A stretch of DNA of 64,000 nucleotides from contig JAGOKS010000001.1 in assembly GCA_017994425.1 (NCBI GenBank), positions 1,294 through 65,293 of the forward strand, given 5' to 3'. Numbering within the stretch: position 1 is the first letter of the stretch; each line of letters begins with the position of its first letter. Below, in pieces: positions 1-9,369 of the stretch. The DNA comes from Bacteroidales bacterium (GTDB taxonomy: Bacteria; Bacteroidota; Bacteroidia; Bacteroidales; WCHB1-69). Under the pieces are notes generated by a model, which saw only the letters and a list, made by a program, of their open reading frames with translations, ran no database searches and was not told the origin of the DNA. The position numbers were made by a program, and so were the translations under genes.

Positions 1-1077
1 TCTATTTTATCAGCGACACATTCATTTGCATATAATCAAAACAATCAAATAATACAAATTAGCAGCATGTTATATGATTCGTGCAGTATAATGAATGATA
101 AGTATTTACTCCCATCCGGAAATTATATAACCAATTATTCGTATGATACAAATGGTGTTATTTTGGAAATAATATGTAAAAATATTAATGGTGATACAAT
201 AGAAAAAATTAACTATAACCATTTTCAAGATTCTTCCATTTATGAATATCAAGCAATGCAAGATAATTTGTTAACCAACCAAATTCGGTTTATTTTTTAT
301 GGCATAAAAGACTTTAACCACACACAAATATTGGATGAGGTTCACCGTAGATTTTTTGATAACATTGATTTGATTTTATATCATTCCGATTCAATAAAAT
401 GTTATGATTGGAAAGATAGTAGTTGGACATTATATCAGCTTAATTATTTTAATTATAATAAAGAAGGACAACCTTTACGATTGCTGTCATTATTTTTGTA
501 TAGCTCGTCCATAACAGGATATTTTTCTGATTCTTTGTACTATGATAGTGACAGTTCATGTGATAAAATAATTATTTCATTATCTGTTCCGTATTGGGGC
601 TCGGAAGGTAAATTATATAGTTTCTCAATTGAAAAAAATAATCAAAAAAAAATAATCAAAAAAACAACTATCACATATAATGATATTTTAACATTTGATT
701 TTTATGGACTTGAAGAAATTTTCATTTATGATAATAATGGTGTTTTATTAAAAGAATGTTATTTTAAAGGATTAACCGAAACCAATTGGAAACCATATTA
801 TACGTATGTATATAACAAAACAAAGATTGATGAACCTTCGACAGAAGAACGTATACTCCTATTCCCAAATCCAACCCCCACAATATTAAATATTTGTAAT
901 GAAAAATTAATATATAAAATTTCTTTTTACAATACAATAGGTCAAAAAGTTAAACAAACCATTGTTAATTCAAATGAAACAACTTTAGATGTAAGCACAT
1001 TACCCGCAGGTATGTACCTTGTAAAAATCAATACCGAGCAAGGAGTACTTACACGGAAAGTACAAATAATAAGATAA
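1..1077 (+). CDS. T9SS-secreted protein (5' end outside window) with C-terminal Por/T9SS sorting domain
   Basis: Frame 1 is open from base 1, with no stop before the listed Met at 67. The last ~75 aa (LFPNPTPTILNI...LPAGMYLVKINTEQGVLTRKVQIIR) fit the Bacteroidota T9SS C-terminal domain pattern. The N/Y/D-rich body has no recognisable catalytic motif. Confidence 0.75.
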   Translation, partial: SILSATHSFAYNQNNQIIQISSMLYDSCSIMNDKYLLPSGNYITNYSYDTNGVILEIICKNINGDTIEKINYNHFQDSSIYEYQAMQDNLLTNQIRFIFYGIKDFNHTQILDEVHRRFFDNIDLILYHSDSIKCYDWKDSSWTLYQLNYFNYNKEGQPLRLLSLFLYSSSITGYFSDSLYYDSDSSCDKIIISLSVPYWGSEGKLYSFSIEKNNQKKIIKKTTITYNDILTFDFYGLEEIFIYDNNGVLLKECYFKGLTETNWKPYYTYVYNKTKIDEPSTEERILLFPNPTPTILNICNEKLIYKISFYNTIGQKVKQTIVNSNETTLDVSTLPAGMYLVKINTEQGVLTRKVQIIR

Positions 1078-1212
1078 TTATAACACATCGGATTCCTTAC
1101 TACGTCATACTAAGAATGAAAATTAATTTTAATAATTTATATTCTCTTTTAATAATTTAAGATACAATTTGGAAAATTTAGAAAATAACTGATTTTTGAA
1201 TTGTTTTTTATT

Positions 1213-1220
1213 TATTTTTG
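1213..1220 (+). promoter_or_regulatory. Bacteroidota -7 box (TAnnTTTG): tatttttg
   Basis: Exact match to the TAnnTTTG consensus in an intergenic region, directly upstream of the hairpin-dense segment. Confidence 0.35.
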
Positions 1221-1520
1221 CACTGTAAAATATAAACCCAAAATGGTTATGAGTACAGTGCTTTTTTATTTATTTATTCCGGCAAAAGTAATAAGCTATG
1301 CTTTTGGGTTGTGTTTTTATGTTTGGGTACTGTTTACACCTTTATTCAAACAGCTAATTTTGCTTGCCAAGCAAGCGTTTGTGTATAAAACGCTGATATT
1401 CACCCCCTCCCTCAACAACAAAACAATGCTCGCTGGGTGTGGGAGGTGATGACTTTTATAGAGGGTGTTTCCCTCAAAGCAATGTTTTATCTCCGAACCC
1501 ACTTACCTTTGGTAAGTATT
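1220..1520 (+). ncRNA. Candidate structured RNA or leader of unknown family (strand uncertain)
   Basis: Series of perfect short stems: 1220-1227/1254-1261, 1362-1367/1371-1376, 1374-1380/1388-1394, 1400-1411/1441-1449, 1461-1465/1471-1475, 1501-1507/1511-1517. Only overlapping opposite-strand ORFs of odd composition cover it. I recognised no known family motif (tmRNA, RNase P, SRP). Confidence 0.3.
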
Positions 1521-1674
1521 TAATCTAAAGTGTAAGCGAATGCGTAAAAAATAATAGCACACCGATGCTCACGAAATAATGAAAACGCAAAAAACACACA
1601 TACCGAAAAATATTAAAACTATAAACTATTACAGTAAATTAACTAGATTTTTAACCCTTTAAAACATAACATAT

Positions 1675-2739
1675 ATGAAAAAGGTAAAAATAATTGTAGC
1701 CGCTATATTGGTAGTGGCTGTAGGAGCAGGTATATTTTGGGCTTGCGAAAAAGAAAATGTTGACAGCACATTAATAAAACAAAAGAATTTTAATTCAAAT
1801 GGATTAATGTATTTTTCAAATTTTGAAGAATTTTCAAATACATTAGATATGTTATTAACAATGGATTTTAATGAATTATGTTCCTATGAAAACCTAAATG
1901 CATATACATCTTTTGGAAGAGAATGTGAAGAATTGTATATCAATAGCTTAGAAGTAGACTCTTTAAGTACTGATGAAGAAATTCAAAATTTTGTAGATGA
2001 ACATAGTGATCGTGTTCAAATATTTACTGATTACGATAACGAGCAATTATATGTCCCAATTTTATTTGATCATCCTTTTAGATATGTTATAAATAATAAT
2101 AGAATGTTTCAAATAGATTCTACGATATATAAAGTTTTTAATTCTGGTATTGTATCTACAAGTAGTAATAACTATAATGATTTACTTGATTTATCAGAAA
2201 GTAATTTGCAATACATTGATTCTAATAGTATTTTCCAATATATACCAAATTCTACTCCTTATATAATGTTTGAAAAAGATTTAGAGAATATTTTAGGCAT
2301 GGATATATTTATTGCAAAAATAAATGGCAATGAAAGAGTCAGATTACGATTAATAGTATCTCCACTTTATTATGCCCCAACTGCTCACCCCTATTACTAT
2401 TATAAAGGTACTGGTGAACTTAGAGGATTTAGATTAATTGGCAATAACTGGTGTTATGCAAAAAGAACATTAGGTTGTAATTTTAATTATACAATTCATT
2501 ATTGGACTGAATATTATAATAATTCAACTCAACAATTTGAAGGAGCAAATTATTATAATTATTCAAATAATAAAAGTTATACTGCAAGTGTTCCAATATA
2601 TAAATATAATTTTGCAACTTTTCCTACAGTTGCTTTAGTTAATAGATTCAATATTTCGGATAATTTTATGATTCACTATGGATCAGTTAATGGTTGCATT
2701 CATATTCCAGCATTTTGGTATTCTTTTAACATTAATTAA
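1675..2739 (+). CDS. Hypothetical lipoprotein
   Basis: 354-aa ORF. N-terminal signal MKKVKIIVAAILVVAVGAGIFWAC ends in Cys (lipobox-like). N/Y-rich and very AT-rich, with no motif I recognise. Confidence 0.7.
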   Translation: MKKVKIIVAAILVVAVGAGIFWACEKENVDSTLIKQKNFNSNGLMYFSNFEEFSNTLDMLLTMDFNELCSYENLNAYTSFGRECEELYINSLEVDSLSTDEEIQNFVDEHSDRVQIFTDYDNEQLYVPILFDHPFRYVINNNRMFQIDSTIYKVFNSGIVSTSSNNYNDLLDLSESNLQYIDSNSIFQYIPNSTPYIMFEKDLENILGMDIFIAKINGNERVRLRLIVSPLYYAPTAHPYYYYKGTGELRGFRLIGNNWCYAKRTLGCNFNYTIHYWTEYYNNSTQQFEGANYYNYSNNKSYTASVPIYKYNFATFPTVALVNRFNISDNFMIHYGSVNGCIHIPAFWYSFNIN

Positions 2740-2741
2740 TT

Positions 2742-3461
2742 ATGTATTTTAAAGTTTTAATTTTAATAATTTTATCTGTTTTTATCAATAAATGTTTCCC
2801 ACAAATTAATTCTATTAATAATCGATGGACAATTAATAGTAATTATTCTTTATATCCAATATATGAAACGACTATGCCATTTATAGAATCAACGAATAAT
2901 CAGAATTTAAATACACAAAGACATAAGCTCAGATCAAATTTTCGATTGAATGTTAATTATGGAGTTTTATACTGTTTGGAAGTAGGAACTTATATAGGAT
3001 TCATGCATTATCCCGTTGAAAAAGTAATATCATCATATCATATAGCTGTTGATTCATTACATTATATGATAGGATTAAATACTGAAGAATTACAAAAATT
3101 AGCTCCTACATTTGGTATAAATATAAATTTGCATATACTTCCTTTTATAAAAACTGATACAAAATTCAAATGGGATTTATATGTAAGCGCCAAATATGGT
3201 GGGTGTTATTTTATTAGTTATAAAAATGGTTATTCAATTCCAATTTCATCCCACTATTATAAAGATGAATTAATCCCTTATCGTCATGAATATGGTCTTG
3301 GAATAGGAGGAAGTGTATTTTTTTGGAATTTAGTTGGATTCAATACCGAGCTTTCGGTTGGACAGTATTCCTATTGGCCTAACATATTTTCAAGTAATTT
3401 TAATTTTCGAGCAGGTATTATTTTTAAACTTAATACAAATCAAAAGAAAATAAAAATTTAG
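2742..3461 (+). CDS. Hypothetical exported protein, possibly an outer-membrane beta-barrel
   Basis: 239-aa ORF starting 2 nt after the previous stop. It has an N-terminal signal (MYFKVLILIILSVFINKCF) and alternating aromatic/small residue stretches with an aromatic-rich C-terminal third (GGSVFFWNLVGFNTELSVGQYSYW...FRAGIIFKL). Confidence 0.6.
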   Translation: MYFKVLILIILSVFINKCFPQINSINNRWTINSNYSLYPIYETTMPFIESTNNQNLNTQRHKLRSNFRLNVNYGVLYCLEVGTYIGFMHYPVEKVISSYHIAVDSLHYMIGLNTEELQKLAPTFGININLHILPFIKTDTKFKWDLYVSAKYGGCYFISYKNGYSIPISSHYYKDELIPYRHEYGLGIGGSVFFWNLVGFNTELSVGQYSYWPNIFSSNFNFRAGIIFKLNTNQKKIKI

Positions 3462-3468
3462 ATTTTCT

Positions 3469-3504
3469 AAGGCTGCCCTTCAAGATAGCCTTTTTCTTTT
3501 TTTT
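3469..3504 (+). terminator. Rho-independent-type hairpin plus T-run
   Basis: aaggct (3469-3474) pairs with agcctt (3487-3492), followed by tttttctttttttt. Confidence 0.45.
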
Positions 3505-3534
3505 GCATTCATTAGGAATGCGTTACTCAATAAT

Positions 3535-3565
3535 AAAAAGGAGGATTTTTCAATCCTCCTTTTTA
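3535..3565. terminator. Bidirectional hairpin terminator
   Basis: aaaaaggaggatt-tttc-aatcctccttttt: a 9-bp stem flanked by an A-run and a T-run, 18 nt downstream of the ppdK stop. Confidence 0.6.
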
Positions 3566-3582
3566 TTGTATATAATCTACGA

Positions 3583-6306
3583 TTATTTAGCGTTTTTAAT
3601 AGCTGCTTGGGCGGCAGCCAAACGAGCTACCGGCACGCGGAAAGGAGAGCAGGAAACATAGTTAAATCCTGTGTTGAAGAAGAATTCAACTGAAACCGGA
3701 TCTCCACCATGTTCGCCACATACACCTACTTTTAATTTGGCTTTGGTAGCACGGCCGCGTTGGGTGCCTAATTGTACCAATTGTCCTACGCCTTCTTGAT
3801 CCAAAGTATTAAACGGGTCAGCCGGAATAATTTTATGGTCAATGTAAGCGTTTACAATGGCATTTACATCATCGCGTGAAAATCCGAGTGTCATTTGTGT
3901 TAAGTCGTTGGTACCAAAAGAGAAGAAATCAGCTACTTTCGCAATTTCATCCGCAACTAAGGTGGCGCGCGGTATTTCTATCATCGTACCGTATAAATAC
4001 TTAATTTTCACTCCGAATTTCGTTTCAATATCAGCAAGTACTTTATCAGCAATTACTTTTTGATGTTTTAATTCGCTTACCGAAATGGTAAGTGGAACCA
4101 TTATTTCCAGTTGAGGGTCAAAACCTTCTTTCATTAATTCAGCCGTAGCCTGAAACAAAGCGCGGAATTGCGTTTCTGTGATTTCGGGATAAACAATACC
4201 GAGACGTACGCCGCGTAATCCCATCATTGGGTTTACTTCATGTAATGCATCAATGCGACTTTTAATATCTTCAAATGCCATTCCTTTTTCTTTGGCTAAT
4301 TCCCGTTGTTTGTCTTCAGTTTGAGGCACAAACTCATGCAAAGGGGGATCCATTAAGCGGAAAGTAAGAGGTTTCCCATTCATTACTTTTAAAGTTCCTT
4401 TGGCAGCTTTGCGGATATAAGGTTCTAATTCATCTAAAGCAGCAATACGTTCCTGCGTATTGTTAGCCAAAATCATATTTCGTAATTTAGCCAAAGGTGC
4501 TTCGCTATTTTTTCCATAGAACATGTGTTCGATGCGGAATAAGCCTATACCTTCGGCACCGAAATTAATTGCATTTTGAGCATCTTCGGGAGTATCAGCA
4601 TTGGTACGAACACCCATGGTACGGTGAGCATCCACTATTTTCATAAATTCTTGAAATCTTGGATTTTCAGTAGCATCTATCATTTTCACGGGAACATCAT
4701 AAACCCAACCTTTAGAGCCGTTTAAGCTTATGACATCGCCTTCTTTATAGGTTTTACCATTGATAGTAATCTGGTTTTTTGAAAGGTCAATTTTGATAAC
4801 ATCGCAACCTACGATACAGCATTTACCCCATCCACGAGCTACTAAAGCCGCATGGGATGTCATACCTCCGCGGGCTGTTAAGATACCATCGGCAGCACGC
4901 ATGCCTTCCACATCTTCAGGATTGGTTTCTTCACGAACTAAAATATTTTTGATATGGAGTTTATTGTATTCCATTGCTTTTTCGCTTGTCAAGGCGATAG
5001 CACCTACTGCTCCTCCCGGACCGGCCGGAAGCCCTTTAGCGATTACTTTTTGTTTGGCTTCATCTTGGGCATCCAAAATAGGGTGAAGTAATTCATCTAA
5101 TTGAGCAGGAGTGAGTCGCATAACAACATCTTTTCCGCTTATTAAATTTTCATGCAACATATCCAAAGCCATATTCAAGGCAGCTACTCCGGTACGTTTT
5201 CCTACGCGGCATTGCAACATAAATAATTTACCTTCTTGAATGGTAAACTCAATGTCGAGCATATCTTTAAAATTGTTTTCTAAGATAGTCCGAATTTCAC
5301 ACAATTCTTTATAGGTTCCGGGCATGGATTCCTGCATGGAATGTAAATGTTTGTTTTGTTCGTTTTTAGTATCATCATTCAACGGGTTAGGTGTACGGAT
5401 ACCTGCAACAACGTCTTCGCCTTGAGCATTGATTAGCCATTCTCCGTAGAACTGGTTTTCACCGGTAGCAGGATTACGAGTAAAAGCAACGCCGGTAGCC
5501 GAATTATTTCCCATGTTTCCAAACACCATAGCTTGTACGTTTACAGCTGTTCCCCATTCATCGGGAATGCCTTCAATGCGACGGTATGAAATGGCTTTTT
5601 TGCCGTTCCAACTTTTGAAAACAGCTTTAATGCCGCCTTCTAATTGTGCTTTGGCATTGTCGGGAAATTCCGTTCCCAACACTTCTTTTATTTTTTTCTT
5701 AAAAGCATTGGACAATTCCAATAATTCATCTGCACTGATATCGGTATCTGATTTATAACCTTTGGCGTGTTTAAATTCATCAAGCATGTCATCCAATACT
5801 TTACGAATTCCTTTCCCATCTTTAGGGTCAATACCTTCTGATTTTTCCATCACCACATCCGCATACATCATGATTAAGCGACGATAGGAGTCGTATACAA
5901 AACGCGGGTTATTGGTTTTCTTAATTAAGCCGGGAATTGTTTTAGAACTTAATCCAATATTTAAAACTGTATCCATCATACCGGGCATGGAACTTCTTGC
6001 TCCTGAACGGCAAGAAATCAGTAAAGGATTATCGGCATCATCGTATTTCAAACCCATGATATTTTCTACATTCTTCATGGCTTCCCATACATCCTCCATT
6101 AAGTATTCCGGAAGTTGGCAATCGTTGGCATAATAAGCGGTACAACATTCTGTTGTAATTGTTAATCCTGCCGGAACAGGCAAGCCTAAATGACACATTT
6201 CAGCCAAATTTGCTCCTTTACCACCTAATAGGTTTTTCATGTCTGCTTTGCCTTCGGCAGATTTTCCTCCAAAAGTATAAACATATTTTATTTTACTCAT
6301 TTTCAA
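3583..6306 (-). CDS. ppdK: Pyruvate, phosphate dikinase
   Basis: 907 aa. N-terminal YVYTFGG..GGKGANLAEM, phospho-His swivel motif GGMTSHAALVARG, and a C-terminal PEP-utilising domain (GVCGEHGGDP). Confidence 0.95.
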   Translation of the reverse strand: MKMSKIKYVYTFGGKSAEGKADMKNLLGGKGANLAEMCHLGLPVPAGLTITTECCTAYYANDCQLPEYLMEDVWEAMKNVENIMGLKYDDADNPLLISCRSGARSSMPGMMDTVLNIGLSSKTIPGLIKKTNNPRFVYDSYRRLIMMYADVVMEKSEGIDPKDGKGIRKVLDDMLDEFKHAKGYKSDTDISADELLELSNAFKKKIKEVLGTEFPDNAKAQLEGGIKAVFKSWNGKKAISYRRIEGIPDEWGTAVNVQAMVFGNMGNNSATGVAFTRNPATGENQFYGEWLINAQGEDVVAGIRTPNPLNDDTKNEQNKHLHSMQESMPGTYKELCEIRTILENNFKDMLDIEFTIQEGKLFMLQCRVGKRTGVAALNMALDMLHENLISGKDVVMRLTPAQLDELLHPILDAQDEAKQKVIAKGLPAGPGGAVGAIALTSEKAMEYNKLHIKNILVREETNPEDVEGMRAADGILTARGGMTSHAALVARGWGKCCIVGCDVIKIDLSKNQITINGKTYKEGDVISLNGSKGWVYDVPVKMIDATENPRFQEFMKIVDAHRTMGVRTNADTPEDAQNAINFGAEGIGLFRIEHMFYGKNSEAPLAKLRNMILANNTQERIAALDELEPYIRKAAKGTLKVMNGKPLTFRLMDPPLHEFVPQTEDKQRELAKEKGMAFEDIKSRIDALHEVNPMMGLRGVRLGIVYPEITETQFRALFQATAELMKEGFDPQLEIMVPLTISVSELKHQKVIADKVLADIETKFGVKIKYLYGTMIEIPRATLVADEIAKVADFFSFGTNDLTQMTLGFSRDDVNAIVNAYIDHKIIPADPFNTLDQEGVGQLVQLGTQRGRATKAKLKVGVCGEHGGDPVSVEFFFNTGFNYVSCSPFRVPVARLAAAQAAIKNAK

Positions 6307-6354
6307 TATATTTTAAATTATTAAATGCGTTAATATTGTTTTTTTTCAGAATCG

Positions 6355-6362
6355 CAAAGGTA
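6355..6362 (-). promoter_or_regulatory. -7 box TAnnTTTG (tacctttg on minus strand) for ppdK
   Basis: Plus-strand caaaggta, about 49 nt upstream of the ppdK ATG. Confidence 0.5.
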
Positions 6363-6457
6363 CAAAAAATATCCTTTCTATTCTTTATCCCATGTTAAAT
6401 CTTCACAAATTAAGTAAAGATAAATTGATTTTTATGTAATCACGACAGAAAAACTTA

Positions 6458-6465
6458 TATTTTTG
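6458..6465 (+). promoter_or_regulatory. -7 box TAnnTTTG (tatttttg)
   Basis: Upstream of the GAF-domain gene start at 6532. Confidence 0.45.
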
Positions 6466-6531
6466 CAGTAATAAGAAAAAAAGTGTAAAATCGTCTTAGT
6501 CATTGCATAAAGATAAATAAAACTAAAAGAC

Positions 6532-7008
6532 ATGAGTGAGCGTTTAAAATATACGAAAAAGGCAGATAAAAAAGATACATATGAAGAAATATTGCCGCAA
6601 ATTAGTTGTTTACTGGCAACTGAAACGGATAACATAGCTAATATGGCAAATGTATGTGCTGTTTTAAAAGAAGTTTTTGATTTTTTTTGGGTCGGTTTTT
6701 ATATAGTTAAAGGAAAAGATTTGGTATTAGGCCCTTTTCAGGGACCTTCGGCGTGTACACGAATTCCTTACGGTAAAGGAGTGTGTGGTACTGCTTGGAA
6801 AAATCGCAAAACTATTATCGTTCCGGATGTAAATGCTTTTGAAGGTCATATTGCCTGCAGTTCTCTTTCACAATCTGAAATTGTTGTTCCGCTCATTATC
6901 AAAAATGAAGTGGTAGCTGTTTTGGATGTTGACAGCAAACAATTACATACTTTTGATAGTATTGACAAGGAATATTTAGAAAAAACTCTTTCTCATCTTC
7001 ATTTGTAG
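6532..7008 (+). CDS. GAF domain protein, free methionine-(R)-sulfoxide reductase-like (YebR/MsrC family)
   Basis: 158 aa. LGPFQGPSACTRIPYGKGVCGTAW...FEGHIACSSLSQSEIVVPL matches the conserved Cys pattern of the fRMsr GAF family. Confidence 0.8.
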   Translation: MSERLKYTKKADKKDTYEEILPQISCLLATETDNIANMANVCAVLKEVFDFFWVGFYIVKGKDLVLGPFQGPSACTRIPYGKGVCGTAWKNRKTIIVPDVNAFEGHIACSSLSQSEIVVPLIIKNEVVAVLDVDSKQLHTFDSIDKEYLEKTLSHLHL

Positions 7009-7028
7009 ACCCGAGAAAGACAGCGATA

Positions 7029-7736
7029 TTATTGATTTACAAAATGCACAGTATTACAAGCCACTAATGCCGCTGTTTCGGTACGTAAGCGACTATTTCC
7101 CAAACTTACGGGAAGAAAGCCGAATTGTTTAGCCAGTTTGATTTCTTCAGGAGTAAAATCTCCTTCAGGACCAATAAGTATTAGGGTGTCGGTTTGAGGT
7201 TTACAAAGCTGCTTTAAGAAAGGTTTTGCATTTGTATCTTCACCACAATAGGCAATAAACTTTTGCTTTTCTTTTGCATCTTTAAGAATAGTTTCAAAGG
7301 TTTTTTGAGTATTAAAAATCGGCAGTACACTATGCATAGATTGCTTGAGCGCTGCAATACTGATACGTTCAATACGTTCGATTTTGATTTTTGTTTTTTC
7401 AGAATTTTTACATTCTACTGCAGAAATTTCCGAAATTCCTATTTCTACAGCTTTTTCAACAAACCATTCAAAGCGATCGGAATTTTTAGTAGGTGCCACA
7501 GCGAGGTGAAGATAAAAGTGAAAAGGATTTCCGATATAGTTTTTATTGACAATTTCAAGGGTACACGCACGCATATTATCATCGCTTATGCGGGCTTCGT
7601 AGACATAGCCTTTCCCATCGATAAGCTGAATAACAGCATTCTTTTTCAGTCGCATGGACTTAATGCAATGTTTTGATTCCGTTTCTGATAAGGTGTAAAA
7701 CGAATGTGTAATATCGGGAGCAAAGAAAATATACAT
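7029..7736 (-). CDS. rsmE: 16S rRNA (uracil1498-N3)-methyltransferase
   Basis: 235 aa. C-terminal SPOUT knot LIGPEGDFTPEE...SLGNSRLRTETAA. Confidence 0.85.
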   Translation of the reverse strand: MYIFFAPDITHSFYTLSETESKHCIKSMRLKKNAVIQLIDGKGYVYEARISDDNMRACTLEIVNKNYIGNPFHFYLHLAVAPTKNSDRFEWFVEKAVEIGISEISAVECKNSEKTKIKIERIERISIAALKQSMHSVLPIFNTQKTFETILKDAKEKQKFIAYCGEDTNAKPFLKQLCKPQTDTLILIGPEGDFTPEEIKLAKQFGFLPVSLGNSRLRTETAALVACNTVHFVNQ

Positions 7737-7741
7737 TTATG

Positions 7742-8314
7742 TTAAAATTTCCATTTCAATCCTATATGTCCGTCCGGTGTTGGTTCGAGATAAATGGAAG
7801 AACGTTCCAAATCCATTAATTTACCGGCTTTATCCACAAAATAAAAACTCCGCAACAGGAAAAATAAACCTCCTGCAGAAGCTATGGTACCGGCAGCAAA
7901 AACAATCCACTCCGATTTTTGGTAATGATTATGAAAATACGTAAGTGCTAAGTTATTAGCGGCGATACCACCGGAGAGTAAACAAATTCCGAGATAAAAA
8001 TTAGTAGTAGATTTTCGCAAATAATAGCCAGGGGTATAGCTTAATAAATCGCCTCCCGAGAGTTTATCTATATTTTTCATTCTTAACAAATCTTCCTTTG
8101 TCGCTTGTCGATAACAAGGCATATATATATTTACCATTTCTTTTTTAATGGCAAATACATAATTATAACTATCAAAGGTATACACATTGTTTGAAGTGTC
8201 GAGCAAACGTCCGTAAATAGTATCGTTGGAAGTAGTAATTAGTAAATCTATGCATTGTCCGTTAACATATGTCAATGCATAGATAAAGAATAATAGTAAT
8301 CCAATTTTTTTCAT
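7742..8314 (-). CDS. Hypothetical membrane protein
   Basis: 190-aa ORF with a signal peptide and two C-terminal hydrophobic segments (FYLGICLLSGGIAANNLAL; WIVFAAGTIASAGGLFFLL). Confidence 0.6.
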   Translation of the reverse strand: MKKIGLLLFFIYALTYVNGQCIDLLITTSNDTIYGRLLDTSNNVYTFDSYNYVFAIKKEMVNIYMPCYRQATKEDLLRMKNIDKLSGGDLLSYTPGYYLRKSTTNFYLGICLLSGGIAANNLALTYFHNHYQKSEWIVFAAGTIASAGGLFFLLRSFYFVDKAGKLMDLERSSIYLEPTPDGHIGLKWKF

Positions 8315-8329
8315 GGTTATAAATAATAT

Positions 8330-9286
8330 TTATTTTTTCCTTTGTATTACCTTTAAGGCAGCTTCAAAAATATGTTCTTTGTCTAATCCGAAATAATTTA
8401 ATAATTCATCAGATTTTCCGCTCATTCCAAATTTATCATCGACTGCAACATATTCTTGCGGACAAGGGAAGTGGCGTACTAGTAGTTGAGCAATGCTATC
8501 TCCCAATCCCCCATTCATCAAATGTTCCTCTGCACTTACTACACATTTTGTTTTTAGCACAGAATCCAAGACAGCCTTTGTGTCAAGTGGTTTGATAGTA
8601 TGGATGTTAATAACTTCAGCAGAAATACCTTTTTGAGAAAGCATATAAGCTGCTTCTAAACTCGGATATACCAGATGACCTGTTGCAAAAATACTTACAT
8701 CAGTGCCTTCATGCAACAATAAAGCTTTTCCTATTTCAAAATTTTGATTTTCCTGCGTAAAATTAGGCATTTTCGGTCTACCGAAGCGTAGATAAACCGG
8801 ACCTTTATAATCCGTTATGGCTAAGGTGGCTGCTTTGGTTTGATTAAAATCACAAGGATTTATAACTACCATATTAGGCAAAGCTTTAATAAAACCAATA
8901 TCTTCCATTACTTGATGAGTAGCCCCATCTTCACCTGCACTAATTCCGGCATGGGAACCGCAAATTTTTACATTATTGTTGGAATAAGCTACTACCATTC
9001 GTATTTGATCCAAAACGCGAGTTGTACAAAAGTTAGCAAAAGATCCTACAAAAGGAATTTTGCCACTTAATGCAAATCCTGCAGCCATACCTATCATATT
9101 AGCTTCGGCAATACCTATTTGAAAAAAACGGTCAGGAAAAGCTTTTGCAAAAGCATCCATTTTTACCGAACCCGTCAAATCAGCACATAAAGCTACTACT
9201 TCTTGATTTTTCTTGCCTGCTTCCAGTAATCCTTCTCCGAAACCTGCTCGGCATTCTTTCTTCTCTTTATATTGTATATCTTTCAT
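8330..9286 (-). CDS. Transketolase family protein, C-terminal (pyrimidine-binding) subunit of a split transketolase
   Basis: 318 aa. FPDRFFQIGIAEANMIGMAAG and GEDGATHQ motifs. Its size corresponds to the C-terminal half only. Confidence 0.85.
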   Translation of the reverse strand: MKDIQYKEKKECRAGFGEGLLEAGKKNQEVVALCADLTGSVKMDAFAKAFPDRFFQIGIAEANMIGMAAGFALSGKIPFVGSFANFCTTRVLDQIRMVVAYSNNNVKICGSHAGISAGEDGATHQVMEDIGFIKALPNMVVINPCDFNQTKAATLAITDYKGPVYLRFGRPKMPNFTQENQNFEIGKALLLHEGTDVSIFATGHLVYPSLEAAYMLSQKGISAEVINIHTIKPLDTKAVLDSVLKTKCVVSAEEHLMNGGLGDSIAQLLVRHFPCPQEYVAVDDKFGMSGKSDELLNYFGLDKEHIFEAALKVIQRKK

Positions 9287-9369
9287 TTTTAATTTGATAA
9301 ATTTATACTCTTGCTTTTATTTTTTGTTATGAATGATACTGCAAAAATAGTTAAATTAATTTTAAATAT

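Noticed and set aside
1201-1502. ORFs 1201..1449 (+) and 1317..1502 (-) as protein genes
   Set aside because: They overlap each other on opposite strands. One has a TTG start, and the region is packed with perfect hairpins. I treat it as non-coding, with the 69-aa hydrophobic frame kept only as an alternative in the finding.
3857-6133. Plus-strand ORFs 3857..4063, 4760..5086, 5513..5758 and 5912..6133 inside ppdK
   Set aside because: They are antisense shadow ORFs within a well-supported 907-aa gene. Their composition is S/P/A-rich and low-complexity, with no motifs.
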